Position numbers and translations under genes: made by a program. A stretch of DNA of 64,000 bases, taken from Patescibacteria group bacterium (GTDB lineage: Bacteria > Patescibacteriota > Patescibacteriia > Patescibacteriales > UBA12465). The DNA lies in NCBI GenBank assembly GCA_041665845.1, contig JBAYIC010000001.1:73531-137530 (forward strand). Reading direction: 5' to 3'. Numbering within the stretch: position 1 is the stretch's first letter; the number at the start of each line of letters is the position of its first letter. Shown here piece by piece: positions 1 through 9,088 of this stretch. Below the pieces are notes generated by a model. That model was given only the letters and a program-made list of their open reading frames with translations, was not told where the DNA came from and did no database searches.

Positions 1-36
1 TTCTTTTTATCAAAAATTACCTTCTTAGACATATAG

Positions 37-2058
37 TTAATTATTTATCTTTATTATACCAGCATTAATCCCGCCGTTAAAGCCTTCAGAGAAAGCGTAA
101 AAAGATTCTAGAAGAATACCGGAAATATCAAAAACTCTAACATGAGGAGCGGCTCCACGATAAGCACTCAGAATTATTTCAGAAATTCCATCACTATTTA
201 TATCACCGGCAGATAAATTAATTCCTCCTCGCCAATTTCTTCCATATCCTAAAAACTGATTTTTGACTTTAGCGCGATTATCAAAAATCTTAATTTGTGG
301 TTCTCGACCAGGGCCAGGAGAGACTATTATTTCTGCTTTATTATGGTCTTTGCGACCATCAAGATTAGCAACGGCAACGTTAACGCCGCCACGGAATTTT
401 TTTTCATAAGCCAAAAAAGAGCCAATTAATTTGCCCTCCAAGCTATATATTTTTACAAGCGGCTCACTACCAACCCCGTATCCAATAACTATTTCCGAAC
501 CATTTTTACCATCAATATCTCCAGAAGCAATACTTAGTCCGCCTCGCCATCCTTGGGCAGCAACAAAAAACTTATTTTTCAAAATACCCTTATTATTAAA
601 TATTTGAATCTGCGCATTCCCATTAGAAGCCGACGAAACAATAATCTCCTTAGCGCCGCTATTGTCTAAATCAATCAAGGCAACATTCAAGCCACCACGA
701 AATTTTCTATCACCCGCTAAAAATTCGTTTATTAATTTCCCCTTATTATTAATTATTTTCACTTTCGGTTCCTCGCCTTTAACCGCTCCAACGACTATTT
801 CTTCTACACCGTCATCATTGATATCACCAGCGACAAAACTGGCTCCACTTTTAATTGTTCCGACTGGTAAAGTATAAACTTGGTCACCATTAGCAGCAAC
901 GATTTTTGTTTTGTTCTCTCCTGAAGATGGAATTATTATCAACCGGCCGGAATTATTGTATAATTTTTCCTTAGCCATTTCTACCGCTCGGTTCACATTT
1001 AAACGCCCATTACCAAGTTGACCAAGATAATCTGGATTTAAACGACTAATGTTATCAGAAGAAGCAAATAAGATATTAACCGTTTCTCGACGACTAAGCT
1101 CTGGATTAGCTTGTTGGATTAAGGCTAAAGTTGCAGAGACTAATGGCGTCGCCATAGAGGTTCCAGACCAATAGCCATCATAATTAACTCCCGTTCCTGA
1201 TTGATTATTAGTAACCGTATTAAAAAAACTTATACCGGGAGCAGAAATATCAACACAGCTAAAACCATAACTAGAAAATTTTGTTTTTTGATCAAGCGCA
1301 TCAGTCGCGGCCACGCCAATAACCATATTTTCACCAATCATTTTTCCATCATAACAAGCAGGATATATTTTAGTCTTATCAATATTATAGCCTTCTCCAC
1401 CCGCTTGTTCATTTCCGGCCGCTGCAACAATCATTACTCCAGCTAAATGGGCGCGATTAATTGCCTCTTGTAACCCCGCACTATAATTAAAACTAACAAA
1501 ACTCAAATTAATTATATCCGCTCCATTATTGATAGCGTAATCAATAGCCCTGATAACATCGCTCACTCTTCCCTCGCCCTTATCATTTAAAGCTTTAAGC
1601 GCCATTATTTTCGCTCGCCAAGTAACTCCTACAACTCCTTGTCCATTATTACCGCGAGCGGCGATTACGCCGGCAACCATGGTTCCGTGTGAAACTCCGG
1701 CCTCGGTCCAACCGGTTGAAAATTTTGGCGAGGGATCGGGGGTATTAGTCGAAAAATCCCAACCGTTAATATCATCGATAAAACCATTTTGGTCATTATC
1801 AACACCGTCATCAGGAATTTCTCTAACATTTTTCCAAATATTTTCTATTAAATCGGGATGGTTTATTTCAACCCCCGAATCAATAACCGCAATTACCGTA
1901 TCTGGGCTTTCCGATACCTTATCCCAAGCACTATCAGCTTTTATTTTTGACAAGTACCATTGATTACTAAACAATGGATCATTAGGCGTTATCCCAGCCG
2001 AAACCGACCCGGCAAGAGCGAGAAATAATATAAAAAAAGATGTTATTATTTTCTTCAT
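37..2058 (-). CDS. secreted subtilisin-like (S8) serine peptidase fused to FG-GAP/VCBS-like beta-propeller repeats
   Basis: ORF track 37..2079 starts at GTG; the ATG at 2058 gives a signal peptide (MKKIITSFFILFLALAGSVSAG). Catalytic motifs are VIDSGV (Asp), HGTMVAGVIAA (His) and SGTSMATPLVSA (Ser). The C-terminal ~300 aa is 5-6 repeats of the form (F/W)RGG.N.A.GD.D.DG..EI. Confidence 0.85.
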   Translation of the reverse strand: MKKIITSFFILFLALAGSVSAGITPNDPLFSNQWYLSKIKADSAWDKVSESPDTVIAVIDSGVEINHPDLIENIWKNVREIPDDGVDNDQNGFIDDINGWDFSTNTPDPSPKFSTGWTEAGVSHGTMVAGVIAARGNNGQGVVGVTWRAKIMALKALNDKGEGRVSDVIRAIDYAINNGADIINLSFVSFNYSAGLQEAINRAHLAGVMIVAAAGNEQAGGEGYNIDKTKIYPACYDGKMIGENMVIGVAATDALDQKTKFSSYGFSCVDISAPGISFFNTVTNNQSGTGVNYDGYWSGTSMATPLVSATLALIQQANPELSRRETVNILFASSDNISRLNPDYLGQLGNGRLNVNRAVEMAKEKLYNNSGRLIIIPSSGENKTKIVAANGDQVYTLPVGTIKSGASFVAGDINDDGVEEIVVGAVKGEEPKVKIINNKGKLINEFLAGDRKFRGGLNVALIDLDNSGAKEIIVSSASNGNAQIQIFNNKGILKNKFFVAAQGWRGGLSIASGDIDGKNGSEIVIGYGVGSEPLVKIYSLEGKLIGSFLAYEKKFRGGVNVAVANLDGRKDHNKAEIIVSPGPGREPQIKIFDNRAKVKNQFLGYGRNWRGGINLSAGDINSDGISEIILSAYRGAAPHVRVFDISGILLESFYAFSEGFNGGINAGIIKINN

Positions 2059-2115
2059 ATAACATCTATATAATATCACAGAATCCCTTTTTTACAAACC
2101 GCGAGATAAGTCTGT

Positions 2116-3327
2116 TTAAGTGTTTAATATTTCTGCTAAAGTCTCTCGGGCACATTTTTCCCAACTGAAATTCTGCACTTGTTTTAAACCTTTAGCCACA
2201 AGTTCCGCCGATAATTTTTTATCTATTATTAAACGAGCCATCGCCTCTGAAATAGACTTCTTATCATTATGGTTAAAATACAAAACTGCATCAGCAGCAA
2301 CTTCTTCAAAAACCGGAATATCGGAAACGGCCGTTGGAACTCCACAAGCTAACGCTTGAAGAATAGGAATGCCAAATCCTTCGTGTTTAGAAGGAAAAAT
2401 AAAAGCACTAGCACCATTAAAAAGAAACGGCATATCTTTTTCGGCTACCCAGCCAGGCATCAAAACCTCATTATTAAGATTAAACTCTTCAATTACATAT
2501 TTTACCTCATCGTAACCAAAACTAGCATCACCAATAAGAACCATTTTTTCTTTAATATCTGGATAACTTTCTTTTAACATTGATAAAGCTTCAATCAAGG
2601 CTGGTGTATTTTTTTTCTTTTCTAAGCGACCAACGTAGAGAAAATATGGAGATTCTAATCCGTATTTTCTTAACACCTCATCAATCTTATCTTGACGACG
2701 ATCAAGCCTATATAAATCATCATTGTAGCCATTATGAACAACCGAAATTTTTTCGCTCTTGGTCCGAGGATAGAAATTCAATATTTCTTGTTTAGTAAAA
2801 TTAGAAACGGTAATAATTTTTTTTGCTTTATGTAAAGCAAAATTAGTCGACCAGTATAAATAATCCAATGACTCCGAGTGATATTTTCCCAGCGTAAATA
2901 TTCTAACCAAAAATCCAATAATTTTTTTAGATAGCGCTCGTTCAGTTTTCATTCCAGTCGAGCGATATAAATTTCTATCACAAGTAAAAGCAATATCGTG
3001 AATAGTATTGATAGTTTTTTTCGGATAAATAAGCGGCATGGTATGAGCCGGAATAAACAAAATATCGGGCCGCTTAAAAATCATTTCTAAAGTTAAGCGC
3101 CCTAAAGTCCAAAAAGAATAGAAAGGCCAATTTAAAAGTTTGAAAGAAAAATTTGGATTTTTTTCAACCGCCGCCTGCAACTCAGGTGAGGGTAATTTAT
3201 TTAAATAAAGAATGTATTTATTTTCTTGGTCTATTTTTGCTAAATTTTTTATTAAGTAAAAAGAATACCATTCGGTACCAGTTTTTCTTATTAAATTAGC
3301 CCTTGAGGCATCAATTCCTATTACCAT
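2116..3327 (-). CDS. glycosyltransferase, GT4-like (GT-B fold)
   Basis: 403 aa; the C-terminal signature PSKHEGFGIPILQALACGVPTAVSD is typical of retaining GT4 enzymes. Confidence 0.8.
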   Translation of the reverse strand: MVIGIDASRANLIRKTGTEWYSFYLIKNLAKIDQENKYILYLNKLPSPELQAAVEKNPNFSFKLLNWPFYSFWTLGRLTLEMIFKRPDILFIPAHTMPLIYPKKTINTIHDIAFTCDRNLYRSTGMKTERALSKKIIGFLVRIFTLGKYHSESLDYLYWSTNFALHKAKKIITVSNFTKQEILNFYPRTKSEKISVVHNGYNDDLYRLDRRQDKIDEVLRKYGLESPYFLYVGRLEKKKNTPALIEALSMLKESYPDIKEKMVLIGDASFGYDEVKYVIEEFNLNNEVLMPGWVAEKDMPFLFNGASAFIFPSKHEGFGIPILQALACGVPTAVSDIPVFEEVAADAVLYFNHNDKKSISEAMARLIIDKKLSAELVAKGLKQVQNFSWEKCARETLAEILNT

Positions 3328-3357
3328 AAATAAAAAGCAGCCAACCGAGGTTCGCCG

Positions 3358-4365
3358 CTATTTAGTCGCTAAGATACTTCTCTTATATGAATCTAGGTTA
3401 TCTAAAGCAATTCCAGTTCCTTTAGCAACACACAACATCGCATCATCGGCAACATAAGCCGGAACACCAGTTGTTCGCGCTATTAACTGATCCATGTTTC
3501 TTAAAAGTGAACTACCACCAGTAAGCACTATCCCTTTATCCATAATATCAGCTGATAATTCTGGCGGTGTTTTTTGTAAAACTTTTTTAGCGGCCGACAT
3601 AATAGCTTCGAGTTCATGCTGGATAGCTTCAGTAACATCGTCGCTAGAAACAGTAATACTGCGCGGTAAACCGGTAACGATATCACGACCACGAACTTCC
3701 ATATGAAGCTTATCTTCCATATACAAAGCCGAGCCAATATTTATTTTTATTTCCTCGGCTGTTCTTTCACCAATGGCTAAATTATATTTTTTTCTAACAT
3801 ACTCTAAAACAGCAGCATCAAATTTATTACCCCCAACTCTTACCGAAGTTGAAGCAACAACCCCTCCTAAAGAAATAACCGCCATCTCGGCTGTTCCCCC
3901 GCCAATATCAATTACCATATGACCGGTCGCCGAACCAATTGGAATATCAGCCCCAATCGCCGCCGCTACCGGCTCTTTAATAATGTAAGCCGCCTTAGCC
4001 CCAGCCGCAATAGTCGCTTCAATAACTGCACGTCTTTCAGTTGAAGAAATGCCGGCCGGAACAGCAACCATTACTTCCGGTCTAAACAAACGTAAACCGC
4101 CCAAAGTCTTATTAATAAAATATCTAATCATTGCTTCAGTTGCCCGATAATCAGCGATCACTCCGTCCTTAAGCGGTTTAACCGCCATAATAGTATCAGG
4201 CGTTCGGCCCAACATATCTTTGGCTTCATTGCCAACGGCTAGAATTTTTTTATCAGCAATTGAAACAGCAACCACGCTTGGTTCATTAACAACAATCCCG
4301 CGTCGAGGCAGATAAACTAAGGTATAGGTCGTTCCTAAATCAATTCCGATTTGTTTTATAAACAT
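3358..4365 (-). CDS. mreB: actin-like rod-shape protein MreB, second paralog
   Basis: ORF track starts at TTG 4380; the ATG at 4365 gives MFIKQIGIDLGTTYTLVY. Phosphate-1 (GIDLGT), DIGGGT and LTGGSS motifs are present and the protein aligns along its length with the MreB at 9089..10129. Confidence 0.85.
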   Translation of the reverse strand: MFIKQIGIDLGTTYTLVYLPRRGIVVNEPSVVAVSIADKKILAVGNEAKDMLGRTPDTIMAVKPLKDGVIADYRATEAMIRYFINKTLGGLRLFRPEVMVAVPAGISSTERRAVIEATIAAGAKAAYIIKEPVAAAIGADIPIGSATGHMVIDIGGGTAEMAVISLGGVVASTSVRVGGNKFDAAVLEYVRKKYNLAIGERTAEEIKINIGSALYMEDKLHMEVRGRDIVTGLPRSITVSSDDVTEAIQHELEAIMSAAKKVLQKTPPELSADIMDKGIVLTGGSSLLRNMDQLIARTTGVPAYVADDAMLCVAKGTGIALDNLDSYKRSILATK

Positions 4366-4422
4366 ATATACGTAATACAAAAGCTATTTTAACCTCTTAA
4401 CCCCCTTAAGTCAAACCACTAT

Positions 4423-4857
4423 TTAGTCAATCGACTGTTCATCATCTTCTTCATCATCATCTCGAGTTTTTTCTTGGTTACCAATTATCTTAATTACTTT
4501 TTCCGCAAATTGAAAAGTATCAAAATCGTCTTTAAAAAAGACATAATCAGCGCCCATTTCTAGACTACGTTGGCGGCTATCTTCATCGCTTAAGTCTGTA
4601 AAAATAAAAATCTCTTTTTCACCTAATTCTTCATCTGATTTTATTCTTTTCACAATATCAAACCCATCAATTTTAGGTAAAATAATATCAAGGATAATAT
4701 AATCAGGCTGAAATTCACGCAAATTATCAAGCAGCTCCTCAGCATCCTCTTCAGCCTCACTAACTTCTACTTCTAAGCCCGCGGCCGAAAATTGCGCTTC
4801 TAGACCGTATAGGATATTAGCATCATCTTCAATGATGAATATTTTTTTGTCTGTCAT
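4423..4857 (-). CDS. single-domain response regulator (CheY-like receiver) with acidic C-terminal tail
   Basis: 144 aa. Receiver residues are present: acidic pair (IIEDD), phospho-acceptor Asp in YIILDIILP, Thr in IFIFTDLS, Lys in YVFFKD. No output domain; the tail is DDDEEDDEQSID. Confidence 0.8.
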   Translation of the reverse strand: MTDKKIFIIEDDANILYGLEAQFSAAGLEVEVSEAEEDAEELLDNLREFQPDYIILDIILPKIDGFDIVKRIKSDEELGEKEIFIFTDLSDEDSRQRSLEMGADYVFFKDDFDTFQFAEKVIKIIGNQEKTRDDDEEDDEQSID

Positions 4858-4867
4858 ATTTGTTTTA

Positions 4868-5836
4868 TTATTTAGTTTTTATTTTTTCCCACCAATTTTT
4901 ATTTTCTTTATACCAGTTAACCGTCGCCTTGAGGCCGGCGGCAAAAGTGTAATGAGGCTCAAAACCTAATTCAGCCTTTGCTTTAGAAAAATCTATTGCG
5001 TATCTTAAATCATGTCCGAGACGATCCGCTACATATTCTATACTCTCTTCCCCCTTGCCCATCAACTCTAAAACATTTTTAGTTATTTCTAAATTACTTT
5101 TTTCACTGTTTCCGCCAAGACAATAAGTTTCGCCAATTCTACCTTTTTTGATAATTAAATCTACACCATAATTATGATCATCAACATGAATCCAATCACG
5201 AATATTTTTACCATTTCCATAAAGTGGAACTTTTTTCCCTTCTAATAAATTAGTAATAAAAAGTGGAATTAATTTTTCCGGATGCTGATAAGGGCCGTAA
5301 TTATTAGAGCAATTGGAAATTGTAATTGGTAATTTATAAGTATGAAAATAGGCTCTAACTAAATGGTCGCTCGCCGCTTTAGAAGCACTATAAGGAGAAC
5401 GCGGATCATAAGCAGTACTTTCATTAAATTTATTATCATTAAAATCAAGCGCTCCAAAAACTTCATCAGTAGAAATATGGTGGAATCTAATTCCACCGTT
5501 TATTCTAGCCGCTTCCAATAAAACTCGGGTTCCTTCAACGTTAGTTTTAATAAAATCAGCGCTATTTTTAATTGACCTGTCAACATGACTTTCGGCGGCG
5601 AAATGAACAATTAAATCAACTCCTTTTACCGCTTCAGCTACTAAAGCGGCATCACAGATATCACCATGGATAAATTCATAATTAGCTTTGTCCTCTAGAC
5701 TCGATAAATTATCTAAATTGCCGGCATATGTTAAAAGATCCAAGTTTCTTATTTGATCTTCAGGATATTTTTCTAACCAATAATGAATAAAATTAGAACC
5801 GATAAAGCCGGCGCCGCCGGTAACAAGTATTTTCAT
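4868..5836 (-). CDS. rfbB: dTDP-glucose 4,6-dehydratase
   Basis: 322 aa; Rossmann motif TGGAGFIGSN, catalytic YSASKAASDH (YxxxK), and SDR-extended family layout. Confidence 0.85.
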   Translation of the reverse strand: MKILVTGGAGFIGSNFIHYWLEKYPEDQIRNLDLLTYAGNLDNLSSLEDKANYEFIHGDICDAALVAEAVKGVDLIVHFAAESHVDRSIKNSADFIKTNVEGTRVLLEAARINGGIRFHHISTDEVFGALDFNDNKFNESTAYDPRSPYSASKAASDHLVRAYFHTYKLPITISNCSNNYGPYQHPEKLIPLFITNLLEGKKVPLYGNGKNIRDWIHVDDHNYGVDLIIKKGRIGETYCLGGNSEKSNLEITKNVLELMGKGEESIEYVADRLGHDLRYAIDFSKAKAELGFEPHYTFAAGLKATVNWYKENKNWWEKIKTK

Positions 5837-5837
5837 A

Positions 5838-6233
5838 TTAATTCTGTAATTTTTTTATTATTCCTTCCATCTCGCCTTCGTTATACTCAAAATGAGGCCA
5901 AGGGCTCAATCCATCATTATTATGACGAGGGATTACATGAAAATGAAAATGAGGAATTTCTTGTCCGGCAACCGGATCATTATTAACCGATAAATTGTAC
6001 CCAGGTATACCCAACTTAGTTTTCAATAAATAACCAACCCTCTTAACCGCTAAAATCAGAGCGGTTAAATCATCTTCTTCCACCTCTTCTAAATTAGCGA
6101 AATGCTTTTTAGGGATTACTAAAGTCTGTCCTGAGCTAACCGGTTTAATGTTCAAAAATGCTAAAATCCTATCATCTTCATAAACTTTATAACTAGGCAA
6201 ATCGCCGGCAACTATTTTACAAAAAATACACAT
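5838..6233 (-). CDS. HIT (histidine triad) family nucleotide hydrolase/transferase
   Basis: 131 aa; N-terminal CIFCKI and the histidine triad HFHFHVIP. Confidence 0.85.
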   Translation of the reverse strand: MCIFCKIVAGDLPSYKVYEDDRILAFLNIKPVSSGQTLVIPKKHFANLEEVEEDDLTALILAVKRVGYLLKTKLGIPGYNLSVNNDPVAGQEIPHFHFHVIPRHNNDGLSPWPHFEYNEGEMEGIIKKLQN

Positions 6234-6237
6234 ATTC

Positions 6238-6690
6238 TTAAATTATTTTATAGGGGCTAGATTCATCTTTTTCCCACCTAATTTCATCAACCTCTTCTTG
6301 CTTTTCTTTTCCTTTATAAAGCTTATCTGGGAAATTAAGACTTAGAGCGGGAATATCGGAAATACATTTATAACCATGAACAACTCCCGGAGGAACAATG
6401 ACTAGGGTCGGATTATTTTCGCCGACATTTATTTCCATTGCTTCATCCATAGTTTCTGAACTTTCTCGTCTATCCCAAAGATAAAGTCTAAAATTCCCAG
6501 GACCGAAGAAAACAAAACAATCACTTTGATAAACGTGCTCATGTGGTCCACGAATTACCCCCGGTTGAGTGAAACTAGCATAAGCCATAGCGGCTTTAAA
6601 ATCAAGCTCATCCTCTCTAAAAAGCTCAACTAGAAATCCTCGTTCATCGTGATTTTTAATTATTTCCTTTATTATTACATCTTTAATCAT
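6238..6690 (-). CDS. short cupin, dTDP-4-dehydrorhamnose 3,5-epimerase (RmlC)-like
   Basis: 150 aa; HDERGFLVELF and SFTQPGVIRGPHEH resemble the RmlC D.RG.F.E and GVLRGLH motifs; IVPPGVVHGY is a cupin strand. It is shorter than canonical RmlC. Confidence 0.6.
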   Translation of the reverse strand: MIKDVIIKEIIKNHDERGFLVELFREDELDFKAAMAYASFTQPGVIRGPHEHVYQSDCFVFFGPGNFRLYLWDRRESSETMDEAMEINVGENNPTLVIVPPGVVHGYKCISDIPALSLNFPDKLYKGKEKQEEVDEIRWEKDESSPYKII

Positions 6691-7679
6691 AATTTTATTC
6701 TTATTAATCCATTTTGAGCACCTAAATGAGCAATTTTAGAAGCGGTATTTCTTGCACTCAAAAATAAAGATTTCTTAATATTCCCCTTATATATTTCCAG
6801 CCCGGCCACAAAAGTAGAATTAAAAATATCACCAACACCGGTAATATCAACCCGTTTCTTTTCTTTAAAAATTGGTTGATAATAAAAATTTAAGCCATCA
6901 TAAGCATAGGCACCTTGACTACCAGAGGTGATAACTACTATTTGAGGGCCGAATTCTTTGATTATTTTTAATAAATTGTTTTCATCGTTAAAAAAAGCAT
7001 GTCCTAGCTTTTGCCCACCGGAGCCAGAAGACGCTAAAGCGAGCTCAATTGCTTCGTCTTTATTAACTAAAAAAACAAAGGTATTTTTTAAAAACGGGGC
7101 GAGCTTATCAAGCCCAGCAGAATATTGCGCCTCACTCGGATTCCACGCAATCTTAATCCCATACTTCTTTGCTAAAGGAAAAACTTTTTTCAAAATAGAG
7201 AGCCAATCTCCTGATAAAGATGAGATATAGATATTTTTTGTATTTTTTAAGAGTTTTAAATCTTTAGCGTCCAGTTTTAAAAACTTGTTTGCTCCGCGTT
7301 CTGTAAAAATTATTCTCTCACCAGTCTTGGATATCAAAATAAAAGAAAAGCCGCTATTTTCCCCAGGCAACTTCTTAACTAAATTTTTATATACTCCTCT
7401 AACTTGTAAATTTTTTATTATTGCTTTCCCGTTATCATCATCACCAATCGCCAATAAGCAAGCCGCTTTAAATTTAAAATTTGCAAAATTTACCGCCGCA
7501 TTAGCCGCTCCACCACCGTAAGTATAGTTAAAATTATCTATTCTAATCTTAGCGCCATATTCAAAAGCTAAAAGTTTTTGACGCAAAATGTCGCGTGGAT
7601 TTTCTATGAGAATTCCCTGATCTGTAAAAAAACTAATATCTCGAGTTGCTCCACCGATGGAAATAAAATCGTAAACCAT
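6687..7679 (-). CDS. PfkB/ribokinase-family carbohydrate kinase
   Basis: 330 aa; GGGAANAAV near the N-terminus and DITGVGDIFNSTFVAG (the DTxGAGD-type motif) near the C-terminus. A 4-nt overlap with the downstream cupin gene. Confidence 0.8.
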   Translation of the reverse strand: MVYDFISIGGATRDISFFTDQGILIENPRDILRQKLLAFEYGAKIRIDNFNYTYGGGAANAAVNFANFKFKAACLLAIGDDDNGKAIIKNLQVRGVYKNLVKKLPGENSGFSFILISKTGERIIFTERGANKFLKLDAKDLKLLKNTKNIYISSLSGDWLSILKKVFPLAKKYGIKIAWNPSEAQYSAGLDKLAPFLKNTFVFLVNKDEAIELALASSGSGGQKLGHAFFNDENNLLKIIKEFGPQIVVITSGSQGAYAYDGLNFYYQPIFKEKKRVDITGVGDIFNSTFVAGLEIYKGNIKKSLFLSARNTASKIAHLGAQNGLIRIKL

Positions 7680-7706
7680 AAATTTTAAAATAATATTTTT
7701 ATCATA

Positions 7707-8249
7707 TCATATTCTACCCTTTTTTTCCAGAAAAAACGGTTTAAATCTTTTAGCTAGTAAGGTCAGGATATTAAAAAACAAAATTGCCGCTAGGATATTC
7801 CAAACTAACTGATAAAATAACGCTTGCCAAAATGAGAAGTTAAATACGCTAAATCCGCTCTGCAAATCAGACGTTAAAAAAGCTAAAATAGCCGCTATTA
7901 AATTATAAACTAAAGTTGAAATCAGAAATAAAACCCCAAAAGAATATAAAGATTTATTAGTTAGCCAATTTTTAGAAATTAAATAAGCTATTAAAGCAAC
8001 CGCTCCTAAAGTAATGAGATAAAAACCAAAAAACTGAAAAGAGAAAATATCCATAAAAAAACCAAAAAAGAAGATAAAAATAATTGTTGATCTAGCCCGA
8101 AAGAAAAACAAAATAAAAATCATTAGTATTACACCAAGATTAATCTGACTAAAAGCTCCCGGCAAAGAACTAATAAAGGAAAACTGCAAAACTGAAATCA
8201 ACAAAGAAAAAAAAATTAAAATAATTATTTGCCCAATTTTATTAAACAT
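7707..8249 (-). CDS. mreD: polytopic membrane protein, MreD-like by position
   Basis: 180 aa, 5-6 predicted TM helices, immediately downstream of mreB-mreC (3-nt gap). The assignment rests mainly on synteny. Confidence 0.55.
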   Translation of the reverse strand: MFNKIGQIIILIFFSLLISVLQFSFISSLPGAFSQINLGVILMIFILFFFRARSTIIFIFFFGFFMDIFSFQFFGFYLITLGAVALIAYLISKNWLTNKSLYSFGVLFLISTLVYNLIAAILAFLTSDLQSGFSVFNFSFWQALFYQLVWNILAAILFFNILTLLAKRFKPFFLEKKGRI

Positions 8250-8252
8250 AGA

Positions 8253-9065
8253 TTAAGGAATAATTATCGAGACGACCGTTAAATCACTGAAATCTATCAG
8301 AGGCTCTATCGTCGCCGATTGCCAAACCTCATTGCTTTCGCTGGTAACATTGGAAACCCGACCAATTATCAGCCCTCGAGGAATACCTCCGCCTAAACCC
8401 GAAGTTACAACCATATTACCAATTGATATTTTCTCTAATTGGGGGATATAGCTCATTTCAATCGTTAAGCCAAGATTACCGTCGGTAATTCCTTTTGTTT
8501 TATCTTCGTTTTGCAAAGAAGCTGCTAATTGGCAACCGGGACTAGTTATTAAACAAACTCTTGAATTAATACTATTTGTTTCTACAATTTTTCCAATAAT
8601 AACACCCTCTTCACTTAAAACGCCTAACTCTGGGCGCAAACCATCTTTTTCTCCTTTATCAATAATAATATCACGGACATCTTTTGATACAGAAAATGAT
8701 TCATCTTTAGCTATTATATTAGCGAGAACTGCTTTAAACTTATTATTAGAAATAAAACCAAGTTGACCACGTAATTTTTTATTTTCTGATTCTATCTCGA
8801 GCCAATGAGAGTTGTTTATAGAGCTTGAAGCTATTTCGTTTTTTAAATAAGCAACCTCGGCCAACAATTCTTCTTTTGTACGGCGCTCATCATAAGCAGA
8901 ACCAAATCCCGTTCCCCATTCATATAATCTAGCACTTAAAGGCTTCATTAAAAACAAAAAAGCTTTTTCTATTGGACGAATAATTCCTATGACATGTAAA
9001 AAAACCAGTAGCCCGAGAACTACCGTAAAAATTAAAAGCGGATTATTTTTTTTGATTTTTATCAT
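8253..9065 (-). CDS. mreC: rod shape-determining protein MreC
   Basis: 270 aa; N-terminal TM anchor, a coiled-coil segment (LLAEVAYLKNEI...ENKKLRGQL), then a beta-rich domain with GLGGGIPRGLIIGRV. It sits directly after mreB. Confidence 0.8.
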   Translation of the reverse strand: MIKIKKNNPLLIFTVVLGLLVFLHVIGIIRPIEKAFLFLMKPLSARLYEWGTGFGSAYDERRTKEELLAEVAYLKNEIASSSINNSHWLEIESENKKLRGQLGFISNNKFKAVLANIIAKDESFSVSKDVRDIIIDKGEKDGLRPELGVLSEEGVIIGKIVETNSINSRVCLITSPGCQLAASLQNEDKTKGITDGNLGLTIEMSYIPQLEKISIGNMVVTSGLGGGIPRGLIIGRVSNVTSESNEVWQSATIEPLIDFSDLTVVSIIIP

Positions 9066-9088
9066 AGATAATTAATCAAACTGTAAGT

